Source: an uncultured Verrucomicrobiae bacterium (GTDB lineage Bacteria > Verrucomicrobiota > Verrucomicrobiia > Chthoniobacterales > UBA10450). From it: a stretch of 64,000 nucleotides of DNA. The stretch is from assembly GCA_963756875.1 (NCBI GenBank), contig CAVWPA010000001.1, positions 288,001 through 352,000 of the forward strand, in the 5' to 3' direction. Shown here piece after piece: positions 22,757-31,630 of the stretch. The notes beneath the pieces are model-generated. The model was not told the DNA's origin. It saw only the letters and a program-made list of their open reading frames with translations, and searched no databases. Position 1 is the first letter of the stretch; each line of letters begins with the position of its first letter. The position numbers were made by a program, and so were the translations under genes.

Positions 22757-24217
22757 TCATGACGTGATATAGCCTTCTTCGCCATGCTCGTTGATGTCGA
22801 GACCCTGCCGCTCGACTTCCGGCGCGATGCGTAAACCGATGGCGGCTTTGACCACTCCGCCAATGATGGCAGTGCCAACAACCGCCATCAAGATCGTGAT
22901 CCCGATGGCTTTCAATTGCTCGAGCCACAGCATGTGGCCGATGATTCGGGCCAGGCCATTTTGCGTTGCCGCGCTCGCGGAGAGATTCGGGTTTATGTGC
23001 GCGGTTGCGAGCACGCCGGTGAGAAACGCGCCCAGCGTTCCGCCGACGGCGTGCACGCCGAACGTATCGAGCGCGTCGTCGTAGTGGAACCACGATTTCA
23101 ATTTCGTGCAGGCAAAGAACGGGATGATCCCGGCGGCGACGCCGATGATGATCGCGCCCGTCGGATCGACGTATCCGCAGGCCGGCGTGATCACGACCAA
23201 GCCAGCCACTGCACCGGAGCAAAATCCGAGCACGCTCGGTCTGCCACGCAGCGCGTATTCGAGCATTGCCCATGTGAACGACGCAACGGCGGTGGCGAGG
23301 GTGGTGGTGGTGAACGCATTTGCCGCGATGCCATCCGCGCCGAGTGCGCTGCCCGCGTTGAAACCGTACCAGCCGACCCAGAGCATTCCGGCGCCGACCA
23401 TGCAAAGCACCATGCTGTGCGGCGCCATGGTTTCCTTGCGAAAACCAAGGCGCGGTCCGAGCAAAAGGCAAAGGACAAGGGCCGACCAGCCGGAGGACAT
23501 GTGCACCACAGTGCCGCCGGCGAAATCGATGGCGGTAATCTTCGCGGCCGGATTCCAAACGCCGTTCATGAATCCGTCGATGCCCCAGACCATGTGGGCG
23601 AGGGGAAAATAAACAGCGAACATCCAGATGGCGACGAAGACGAGCACGGCGCCGAATCGCATGCGTTCGGCGACCGCGCCGATGATTAACGCCGGGGTGA
23701 TAATCGCGAACATGAGTTGATACATCGAGAAAACGTTCTGCGAGACCCAGTAGGAATAATCGCCGTTCGGTTGAGAATCGACGCCGCGCAGAAAGGCGAA
23801 CTTCAGTCCGCCAAGGAACGGCGAGCCGCGGGAGAAGACCAATGAATAGCCGACCGCCCACCACAGGATCGCGACCATTCCCGCGATGCCGAGGCATTGG
23901 GCCAGCACCGACAATACATTTTTTTGCCTAACGAGTCCGCCATAGAAAAGAGCGAGCCCGGGCAAAGTCATGAAAAGGACGAGCGCGGTCGCCGTCATCA
24001 TCCAGGCGTTGTGACCGGGGCCCGGGCCGGAGATGTTCGAGGTAACCTGCGCATTTGATGCGTCGGCGCCCCGAGCGGAATTGTTCATATAGGCCTCGAG
24101 ATCGGTCACGCGCTGCTCCAGAGACGGCGAGGGAGAAACGGTTTGTGCGAGTGCGACGTGAGCGAAGAAGAAAAGAGCGGTAAAAACAAAAACGCGAGCG
24201 AATGTGTCGATCTTCAC
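22757..24217 (-). CDS. amtB: Ammonium transporter
   Basis: LVLFMTLPGLALFYGG, FAIITPAL, DFAGGTVVH, LWVGWYGFNAGS, DDALDTFGVH, GLDINEHGE. Confidence 0.97.
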   Translation of the reverse strand: MKIDTFARVFVFTALFFFAHVALAQTVSPSPSLEQRVTDLEAYMNNSARGADASNAQVTSNISGPGPGHNAWMMTATALVLFMTLPGLALFYGGLVRQKNVLSVLAQCLGIAGMVAILWWAVGYSLVFSRGSPFLGGLKFAFLRGVDSQPNGDYSYWVSQNVFSMYQLMFAIITPALIIGAVAERMRFGAVLVFVAIWMFAVYFPLAHMVWGIDGFMNGVWNPAAKITAIDFAGGTVVHMSSGWSALVLCLLLGPRLGFRKETMAPHSMVLCMVGAGMLWVGWYGFNAGSALGADGIAANAFTTTTLATAVASFTWAMLEYALRGRPSVLGFCSGAVAGLVVITPACGYVDPTGAIIIGVAAGIIPFFACTKLKSWFHYDDALDTFGVHAVGGTLGAFLTGVLATAHINPNLSASAATQNGLARIIGHMLWLEQLKAIGITILMAVVGTAIIGGVVKAAIGLRIAPEVERQGLDINEHGEEGYITS

Positions 24218-24380
24218 GCGCAGCGTTATAGAACGGTGCAGCGAACATCGACAAGGAAAACTCTGGCGACATCCCAATTGCCCAGGGCGCTATGCCGCGA
24301 GCAGAAGCGATCGGGGAAGCACCGGCGCTGGAAAGGAGTTTGTGCTTTTACCATTTTTGACGCGAGCTAAACTCGGCGGC

Positions 24381-26183
24381 GTGAGTAGCGAACCCTCCGT
24401 CAACGGGCTGGACGTGACGTTGCGCGAGTTTACCAGTGGCCAAAAGCTTTTTAGCCGCTATCGACTGGTCAAAACGCTCGGCCGCGGCGGCATGGGAATT
24501 GTGTGGCTGGCGTGTGATGAAGAGCTGGAGCGCGACGTGGCCTTGAAATTTCTGCCGGAGCTGATCGTTCACGATCGCGCGGTGCTAGGCGATTTGAAGC
24601 GCGAGACGAGGCGGAGCCTGGAGCTCACTCACAAAAACATCGTACGCATCTACGATTTTATTCACGATGAAGCGTCCGGCTGCATCTCCATGGAGTACGT
24701 GGACGGGGACACGCTTTCCAATTTGCGCGCCGACAAACCGCTCAAGATCTTCGAGCCTGACGAGTTGGGGGACTGGGTCAGCCAGCTTTGTGACGCGCTC
24801 GATTACGCGCACAATCACGCCCGCATCGTTCACCGCGATCTTAAGCCTGCGAATCTGATGGTGAACCAGCGCGGCGATCTCAAGGTCGCGGACTTCGGGA
24901 TCGCGCGCAGCCTGAGCGACTCGGTGAGCAAGTTGACCATGCAGCACGGCAAGAGCGGAACGCTGGTTTACATGAGTCCGCAGCAACTCGAAGGCGAGCG
25001 CGGCAGTCATCTCGACGATATCTACTCCGTCGGCGCCAGCCTCTACGAATTGATCACCAGCAAGCCGCCGTTTTATTCCGGTAATGTCGATCGCCAGATT
25101 CGCGAAAAGGTTCCGCCACCGATGACCGAGCGACGCAAGGAACTCGAGATCAACGGCGGGTCGGTTGACCAGTCGTGGGAAAAAGTGGTGGCGGAATGTT
25201 TGTCAAAAGATCCAACCCGCCGTCCGCAATCGGTCGCCGAGATTGCGCAGCGTCTGGAGGTGCCATCGCCGAAAACGCGTCGGGCTCAACAAGCAGTGAC
25301 TCAGGAATCGAAGCGGACCGGTCTTGTCGTTGCAATCGCGGGGCTACTCTGCGTTGCCGCAATCGGCGGGTGGTATTTCGGAATCCACAAGCGGGCAAAG
25401 CAAGCACCCGCGCCCGAATTGGCGACATCGATAGAGAGCGCCACCGAGGGTTTTGGCGGTGTGATGCTGGATACTTCACCCAGCGGCGCAACCGTGGCGC
25501 TGGGCGGAGTGGATGCCGGCAAGAGTCCGGTGACATTCAAAAAGATCCGCGCGGGCAAATATCCGCTGAGAATTTCACTCGATGGTTACGAGCCGCTGGA
25601 AAAAGAGGTGGAGATCAGACGAGATCAGTTTGTCGACATGGGAACGCTCGCTCTTCAGCGCAGCGGCGCCAGGGTTGAACTGACCAGCACACCGCCGGGG
25701 ACGCGAGTTTTCGAAAGCGGAAAACTGATCGGGACGACGCCGTTTCAGGGCCAGATGCCGTCTGGCCACGCTACGTTCCTTTTCACAAAGGAAGGTTATC
25801 TTCCCACCCAGCTGAAAACGGAGCTGACGCCCAAGGAATTGTTCAAAACCAAGGTGACAATGATCAAACCTGCTCCGGCCTACCATGGAATAATCCATGC
25901 GCTCGGCGAACCGGACCGGCCGCTCACGGTGAAACTCGGTTCCGATGTTCGATCCGGCACGATGACTTACGTCAGCCATCATGGAGATTTTGTTGTGAAA
26001 TTCTCGGGTGTCTGGGAGGGGGGAATCCTGCACGCCGTGACCGGCGATGTGGTTTCGCAGCCCGCCGGAATTCGATGGACGCCTGAGTCGTTCACTTTGC
26101 GCTTCGGCGAAGGTGGCAGGAACGGGTCGTACGAGTGCAAGGCGGACAAGAAAACGTACTTCGCTGACTTAACAGCGCCATGA
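24381..26183 (+). CDS. Hanks-type Ser/Thr kinase with TM helix and extracellular PEGA domains
   Basis: LGRGGMG, VALK, HRDLKPAN, DFGIA, YMSPQQ; TM at GLVVAIAGLLCVAAIGGWYF; PEGA-like repeats (TSPSGATV, STPPGTRV). Confidence 0.93.
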   Translation: MSSEPSVNGLDVTLREFTSGQKLFSRYRLVKTLGRGGMGIVWLACDEELERDVALKFLPELIVHDRAVLGDLKRETRRSLELTHKNIVRIYDFIHDEASGCISMEYVDGDTLSNLRADKPLKIFEPDELGDWVSQLCDALDYAHNHARIVHRDLKPANLMVNQRGDLKVADFGIARSLSDSVSKLTMQHGKSGTLVYMSPQQLEGERGSHLDDIYSVGASLYELITSKPPFYSGNVDRQIREKVPPPMTERRKELEINGGSVDQSWEKVVAECLSKDPTRRPQSVAEIAQRLEVPSPKTRRAQQAVTQESKRTGLVVAIAGLLCVAAIGGWYFGIHKRAKQAPAPELATSIESATEGFGGVMLDTSPSGATVALGGVDAGKSPVTFKKIRAGKYPLRISLDGYEPLEKEVEIRRDQFVDMGTLALQRSGARVELTSTPPGTRVFESGKLIGTTPFQGQMPSGHATFLFTKEGYLPTQLKTELTPKELFKTKVTMIKPAPAYHGIIHALGEPDRPLTVKLGSDVRSGTMTYVSHHGDFVVKFSGVWEGGILHAVTGDVVSQPAGIRWTPESFTLRFGEGGRNGSYECKADKKTYFADLTAP

Positions 26184-26196
26184 TTGACGTCGGCGC

Positions 26197-26703
26197 ATGA
26201 ACCGATCGACTTATGTTCTGCTGGTCGCGTTGCTGCTCATTGTGACGACCCACAAGTTGCCCGCACCGGTTTCGGAGATTGAGACGCCAGCGCCCGCGCA
26301 TGAGCGCCAAGCGAAGGCGAAGAAAGCGTCTTCGAAACCAAAATCTGCCGAGTCGGAAGCGAAAGCCAAGTCCATACAGAAGCCATCCGCAACGCCGGTT
26401 CGCCCGAAGTTCGCGGGAGTGTGGACGGGCACGATAGAATCGAAAAACCCCTTGGTCGGTGTCGGATTACATCCGGCCACGTTTGTTGTTAATGGCGCTG
26501 AGAATTATGTGAAGGAAACAGGACCGGTGGGCACTTTCACCCATCCAGCGAGCGTGAACGGCAACATACTGACATTCACGACTGGCGTTTTTCGAGAAAT
26601 CACCGTTACGATGACGCTGATGGGCAATGGGCGCACGGGACAAGTAAATGTGAACGACAGGATTTGGGGCACTTGCTCGGGAACGATGAAGAAACAGGAT
26701 TAG
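26197..26703 (+). CDS. Secreted hypothetical protein (LPAP-type), paralog 1
   Basis: Signal peptide, HKLPAPVSEIETP, Lys/Pro linker, FAGVWTGTI beta domain. Confidence 0.75.
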   Translation: MNRSTYVLLVALLLIVTTHKLPAPVSEIETPAPAHERQAKAKKASSKPKSAESEAKAKSIQKPSATPVRPKFAGVWTGTIESKNPLVGVGLHPATFVVNGAENYVKETGPVGTFTHPASVNGNILTFTTGVFREITVTMTLMGNGRTGQVNVNDRIWGTCSGTMKKQD

Positions 26704-26858
26704 AGACCTGTGCATGCTACGTCCCGAACGATACAGTCCTTGGTTGCCACACAATCCATTCGGCGCGTACGCCAAGATGTTGCTGGACGTGCAAGAGCAT
26801 CGGTCCGGCAGCAAGCTCACGGACCCGAGTTCCGGCCCGCTTTTCGTAGTTCCATAAG

Positions 26859-27455
26859 GTGAAAATGCCATTGCGTATTAGCTTTGTCGTTCTTCTGCTT
26901 GTCGCCAGCGGGCAACGTCTGCCCGCGCCGATTACTGAGGTTGCAACGCCGACGCCTTCCCCGCAGGAGTCGCCCGGTCCGCAATTGAGACCTGGCGAAA
27001 AATGGAAGCCTGAAGCGGAGCAAGGAAAGCAGTCCGGCGCGAAAGAGAGTCCCGCGACGATCCCACATCCCCAAACAGCCGCGCGTTTTACTGGAACATG
27101 GAGCGGAAAAATTACGTTTGGGACGTCCGGCGTAGTGGAGTTGACTCTGATCGTGAACTCCAGTGCCACTTCGCTGATCCAAAAATCAAAAGCGTCTGGG
27201 GAGCACTCCCACGCGACCAACTACACCGGCAGCACGCTTTCGTGGAAAGGAGGGCGCAACGATGGATTCTCTTTTACGCTGGCTCCGAATGCGGACGGAC
27301 AAACGGCGGCGGTCACATCAAAGCCAAAGTCCGGGCCCATGAGCACCGCCACTTTCAAACGGGTCCATCCCGGGCAGGCTCCAGCGAAGTCCGGGACGCC
27401 CCGTAAGCGAAAACTGCATCCCGGCACAAAAACCAGACGGCATTCAGGTCAGTAA
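26859..27455 (+). CDS. Secreted hypothetical protein (LPAP-type), paralog 2
   Basis: Signal peptide, QRLPAPITEVATP, linker, FTGTWSGKI beta domain. Confidence 0.75.
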   Translation: MKMPLRISFVVLLLVASGQRLPAPITEVATPTPSPQESPGPQLRPGEKWKPEAEQGKQSGAKESPATIPHPQTAARFTGTWSGKITFGTSGVVELTLIVNSSATSLIQKSKASGEHSHATNYTGSTLSWKGGRNDGFSFTLAPNADGQTAAVTSKPKSGPMSTATFKRVHPGQAPAKSGTPRKRKLHPGTKTRRHSGQ

Positions 27456-27537
27456 CCAACTTCGACTTCGATGAAGCGACTCAACGGTGTTTTCAAAACA
27501 AATCTTTGTTCTTTGACCCTAAAAGATTGCTAGGGGG

Positions 27538-28449
27538 CTAGCAGCTGAAGAACTCGTGCTTGCCTTCGAAGCCTTTGAGTTCGTGAGCGCCGGCGGGCTC
27601 TGTTTTGGTCAGTTTGCCGAGTTTCGATTTGCCGGCGGCGCTGGTTAGCATTGGAATGCCTAACGAACCGGCCAGTTTTTCCATGCGGAAAACGAAATTG
27701 ACGTCCTTGCCCATCAAGCTTTCCTCGCCCATCGACGGCACTCCGCCGATGGCCACCAGTCCGTAATGCAACGCGATCCGAAAGCGCGGCGTGTCACGTG
27801 CTTGCGCCTGCTTCAGTTGCTCGAGGGTCGCCGCGACGTTTTTGGTCGCGTTTTCATCCTCGCGCCAGTAAGCGAAGAAACCGTCGCCCAGGTATTTGTC
27901 GATCATCCCCTGGTTTTGCTCGATGGTTTCCTTGCAATCGGCCACCCAGCCACCGATCAGCGCCGCCAGCTTATCGCTGGTTAGACTTCGGCTCAGCGGG
28001 GTGAAATTTTCGATGTCCGCTACCAATAACCAGCAGGGGACGTTTTCAATTTCCCGAATTGTCCGCTCGGCGAAGGTCGACCGGAAATTCTCAGAGATCT
28101 CCGTCGGCTGGCGAAATACGAAAGCAGTGTCGCCAATCGCGATTTGGTCCTGGTCGCAAAGCTGCACCGGCTGATGCACGCGCCGCTTGTTCAAAAAAGT
28201 GCCGTTGCTGCTTCCCAGATCGATCAGCCAAAATTCGCCGACGTTCTGTACGTTGATAATGGCGTGCCGGCGTGAAATTTTTGGGGAATCGAGAAGGAGG
28301 GAATTCTTGGCGGACCGGCCAATCGACAGGTCCCCCTGAATTGGAATTCGTTTGCCGCCTGCTTCGAGCCACGCGCTCTCTCCGCCACCGGATTCGGCAT
28401 CGGGCGGCTGGTTTTCAATCACATCGCGCTTGCGCTCGTCTGCAGCCAT
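27538..28449 (-). CDS. FHA domain + class III adenylate/guanylate cyclase
   Basis: FHA: IGRS, ISRRHA, DLGSSNGTFLN. Cyclase: ADIENFT, IDKYLGDG, RIALHYG, GKDVNFVFRME. Confidence 0.92.
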   Translation of the reverse strand: MAADERKRDVIENQPPDAESGGGESAWLEAGGKRIPIQGDLSIGRSAKNSLLLDSPKISRRHAIINVQNVGEFWLIDLGSSNGTFLNKRRVHQPVQLCDQDQIAIGDTAFVFRQPTEISENFRSTFAERTIREIENVPCWLLVADIENFTPLSRSLTSDKLAALIGGWVADCKETIEQNQGMIDKYLGDGFFAYWREDENATKNVAATLEQLKQAQARDTPRFRIALHYGLVAIGGVPSMGEESLMGKDVNFVFRMEKLAGSLGIPMLTSAAGKSKLGKLTKTEPAGAHELKGFEGKHEFFSC

Positions 28450-28649
28450 CGCGCCATCTTAAAGGTCGAAGCGAGAACGGCGCAAGCACCACATTGCGAT
28501 TCAGGGAGAAGCAAAACCAGCAGTCAGCCGGAGGGGGGCAGGCAGGACTCCGCCGAGCGGCGCTTTCGCCCCCGGAAGTTTTCGGGGTTGGCCGAGATCC
28601 GGTTAAGGAGCCCGGCGGAGTCTCTCCCTGTCCAAGAGATCGTCAATCG

Positions 28650-29681
28650 CTATGTGGAGACAGTGTCAACTGACTGAACTGTTTCATCGTTACGACGGCC
28701 GTTCCCGTCAACGCCGGAATCATTGCCTTCGTTGGTACCGTGCGGGGAGATGGCCGCCGGCAAATCGTGCTGCTGCAATTTTTCGTAGCGCTGGCGCACG
28801 TCGGGCGGGACTTTATCCAAATCTTCTTTTGTCTCGACCGGTCCGCTGAACAAAAGCAAACCCTGCGGGTCTTTCGCCGTCAGCACTTTCTTGCCGTCGA
28901 TCTTCTCAATTCGCAGCTCGCCCTTGTCGTCCGAGTAAACGATCTGCGCTTTGCCGATGTCGATTCTGGTCGTTTTCAATCCATTCTCGTCGTTGCGCGT
29001 AACCAAGATTCTTCCTTCGCGGCGTGCTTCCTCGGCAGCGCGCATGGCTTGCTCCTGCGCTCGCATTGCTTCTTCGCGCGCCTTCATGACCGCGTCGCGG
29101 ATCATTCCCCGGTTTTGGTCTCCAAGTCTTTCCTTCAGGTCCTGCATCCGCTCTTTTAGATCGCCCATATCAAAACCGCCAAAGTCAAAATGAGAATGCT
29201 GATGGCGACCCGGGCCGAAGTCGGGCCGCTGCGGCATATCCCTTTTTCCTAGTTTGACCGCGACTTTCTCTTCCTTCCCTTTGCGCAACAGGGTGAAGGT
29301 AACGCTTGTTCCTTCGGAATAACTGCGCACCAGTTTGGCCAGTTGATCCGGCTCGGTCAGGATCTGGTCGTTCAACATTTTGAGAATGTCATTTTGCTTG
29401 ATCCCGGCAGCGGCTGCCGGACCATCCGGGGCGACATAATCGACCACCAGACCAAAGCCCTTGGGCAAACCGAGTTGCTCGCTCACCACGCTTGGGACTT
29501 CGGATGTTTCCACGCCGAGAAACGTTACCGGCACCATTGGCATTTTTTCATGCGGCCCGCCCGGCGGATGACGCGGAACTGGCGGATTCGGAGCGGCAGA
29601 CGGATTGGGTACGGCCTGCGCAAATCCCGTGAGTGGCAGGAGCGCAATGGCGGCGATGGTTGTGATCAGTTTTGTTTTCAT
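28650..29681 (-). CDS. Secreted PDZ-domain protein
   Basis: Signal peptide; FLGV, GLVVDYVAPDGPAAAAGIKQNDIL, TLLRKG. Confidence 0.88.
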   Translation of the reverse strand: MKTKLITTIAAIALLPLTGFAQAVPNPSAAPNPPVPRHPPGGPHEKMPMVPVTFLGVETSEVPSVVSEQLGLPKGFGLVVDYVAPDGPAAAAGIKQNDILKMLNDQILTEPDQLAKLVRSYSEGTSVTFTLLRKGKEEKVAVKLGKRDMPQRPDFGPGRHQHSHFDFGGFDMGDLKERMQDLKERLGDQNRGMIRDAVMKAREEAMRAQEQAMRAAEEARREGRILVTRNDENGLKTTRIDIGKAQIVYSDDKGELRIEKIDGKKVLTAKDPQGLLLFSGPVETKEDLDKVPPDVRQRYEKLQQHDLPAAISPHGTNEGNDSGVDGNGRRNDETVQSVDTVST

Positions 29682-29695
29682 AATGTTTTCTCAGC

Positions 29696-29757
29696 TTGTA
29701 GGGCGGGCGCTCCGCCTGCCGTCTGTTCTCCCGGCAAGCGACGCGCTTGCCCTACAA
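29696..29757. repeat. GTAGGGC-type REP pair
   Basis: TTGTAGGGCGGGCGCTCCGCCTGCC ... GGCAAGCGACGCGCTTGCCCTACAA. Confidence 0.85.
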
Positions 29758-29790
29758 TTGTTCCGTAGCTAACAAAATTCGTGTTGTTGT

Positions 29791-30327
29791 TCATTGGCCT
29801 GGGGCGCGGACGAGAGAGATTTCCTCGGCTGGATAAGAGACGCGAAGCGATGCGCCGGTTGCGGGATTGCGCCACTGCACGGTCTCCTGTTTTTGCGATC
29901 GGAACCGGCGCATCGGGCGATCCGAGCCCACTGGGAAACGCAGCCCTTCGTCGCGCGTATTATAAACAACTTCGGTAAGGGTGGTCGGAACAAACTCGCC
30001 GGAGGATGCGACCGGCAATCTGGTAGCGAGCGCTGGTGAAATCGTGGCGATGCTGGGAGCTTTTTTTGGAGAGCGATCGATATCGACACGCGCGTAGATC
30101 AGGAGAGCTGCAGCGGCCGCAGCGGCTGCGAGGCCGAGCGGTATTTTGTAGGGCGTTTCTGTGAAACGCCGCACCCACGCCCATCTGCGGCCGGCGTCCG
30201 CCGCGGCGGACGCCCTGCAATTTGCCAGCTCGGTGAGCGTGCGGTCGATTCTCGCCACCAAATCCTCAGACGGAGTGACGGGCCGCAGATTTCGCAACCG
30301 GTTTTCGAGGTCAGAAAAGTCGTTCAT
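29791..30327 (-). CDS. Putative anti-sigma factor
   Basis: Overlaps the sigma gene end; LENRLRNLRPVTPS N-terminus, single TM (LGLAAAAAAAALLI). Confidence 0.75.
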   Translation of the reverse strand: MNDFSDLENRLRNLRPVTPSEDLVARIDRTLTELANCRASAAADAGRRWAWVRRFTETPYKIPLGLAAAAAAAALLIYARVDIDRSPKKAPSIATISPALATRLPVASSGEFVPTTLTEVVYNTRDEGLRFPVGSDRPMRRFRSQKQETVQWRNPATGASLRVSYPAEEISLVRAPGQ

Positions 30328-30815
30328 TGTGGAGGGGGTCTCTTCTCAAGGCGGCAAGCGCATAGCGATAGCGCGACGCGGCGGTGTTTTGCGAAATGCC
30401 AAGCGCGCTTCCGATTTCGGCGAAAGTGAGATCGTTCCAAATTTTCATGACCAGCACTTCGCGTTGTTCGTGAGGCAGACCATCCACCGCCGCTGCCAAA
30501 GCTTGTTGCGATTCATCTTCGATTGCAAATTTCGGTTGGACCGACGATTCGGTTTCGGCAACGGCATTGGATTCGCGGCGCGCGCGGCGGCTTTCGCGAC
30601 GCAAAAAGTCGAGCGCGATGGAGCGAACGGCTGCGTAGAGGAGGCGCACGATTGTCCAGGTTGTGATTACGCTTCCAGAAGCGAACGAACGCTTCCTGGA
30701 CGACATCTTCCGCATCGGCCTTGGAAGGCATCCATTGGCGGGCAAAGAGGAGCAGACCAGGAGCGAGTTGGGAAAAACGGACCTTCCAATCTTCATCAAT
30801 GGCGACATTCTCCAT
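30311..30815 (-). CDS. ECF sigma-70 factor, frameshift near 30648
   Basis: DAEDVVQEAFVRFW (region 2), then in the other frame LPHEQREVLVMKIWNDLTFAEIGSALGISQNTAASRYRYA (region 4). Confidence 0.92.
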
Positions 30816-31080
30816 GACCTGTTCACGGTCTTTTATAATCAAGACGCCGCCAACTGATGATTTTGTCTAGAGAAGCCCGAAGTTTTTTGCGCGGGAACGT
30901 GGGTGTGGTTCGTGCCCGACGCTGGGATACGAAAGCTCCGGGGAGCGCACGCGCCCTCCCCGGATTTTGAGGAAGAGGTCGCGGGCTTTTAGCCTCCGAC
31001 TGCATCGCGCTGGCGCCTACTGCCCTTAAAACTTCGGATTTTTCTTGCCGCACGGGAGGTCGAGTGACAAAACGGCCTCT

Positions 31081-31470
31081 ATGAACTGGTTAGCTATTTT
31101 TTGCGCAGCACTCGCTTACTGGGTCCTCGGTTTTATCTGGTATTCGGTTTTCGGGAAGATCTGGAAAAGCGGTCTTGAACAGCGTGGCCTTAGATTGGAA
31201 CGAGGCGGTATGGCCCCGAAGATGGTCGGCAGTTTTATCGCCAACTTTGTGGCGGCCGTGATCATGGCCCACCTGGTACAGCGAATTGGAACAGCGGAGA
31301 TCGTCCATGGTTTGCGGCTCGGCGCAGGCATGGGCGTCGGTTTTTCCGCCACCGCGCTGACGATCCAGTATATCTGGGAATCGAGACCGTTTAGCGTCTG
31401 GCTGATCGACGCGGGCCATCATTTTTTTGGCTGCATCCTGCTTGGCGTGATTCTTTCGGTCTGGCATTAG
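31081..31470 (+). CDS. DUF1761-like membrane protein
   Basis: MNWLAIFCAALAYWVLGFIWYSVFGKIW and WLIDAGHH; four TM segments. Confidence 0.82.
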   Translation: MNWLAIFCAALAYWVLGFIWYSVFGKIWKSGLEQRGLRLERGGMAPKMVGSFIANFVAAVIMAHLVQRIGTAEIVHGLRLGAGMGVGFSATALTIQYIWESRPFSVWLIDAGHHFFGCILLGVILSVWH

Positions 31471-31479
31471 ACCGCGTTT

Positions 31480-31586
31480 GTCATTCCGAACGACAGATGG
31501 GAATTTCGCGCAGGTCGGCGCGATTCTACGCTAGATTGCGTGATCCAATCTTCGGGTGAGAGGTCCCTCGTTTCACTCGGGATGAC
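31480..31586. repeat. GTCATTCCGA...TCGGGATGAC inverted repeat between convergent genes
   Basis: GTCATTCCGAACGA ... GTTTCACTCGGGATGAC. Confidence 0.6.
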
Positions 31587-31630
31587 AGCGTGAGCATGCC
31601 GCCATCTTGGCGGAAACGTTCCCAGGCGTT

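Noticed and set aside
22578..23897. 439-aa Arg-rich ORF
   Set aside because: Alternative frame of amtB with no motifs.
24260..24282. Sigma-54 promoter near amtB (TGGCGA...TTGC)
   Set aside because: GG-to-GC spacing does not fit -24/-12 and it faces away from amtB.
28536..28633. SRP RNA or tRNA call for the structured spacer
   Set aside because: Lacks the SRP CAGG/GGAA/AGCA motif and tRNA D- and T-loop signatures.
30640..30655. Programmed frameshift in the ECF sigma gene
   Set aside because: No slippery sequence; a single indel error fits better given the other indels.
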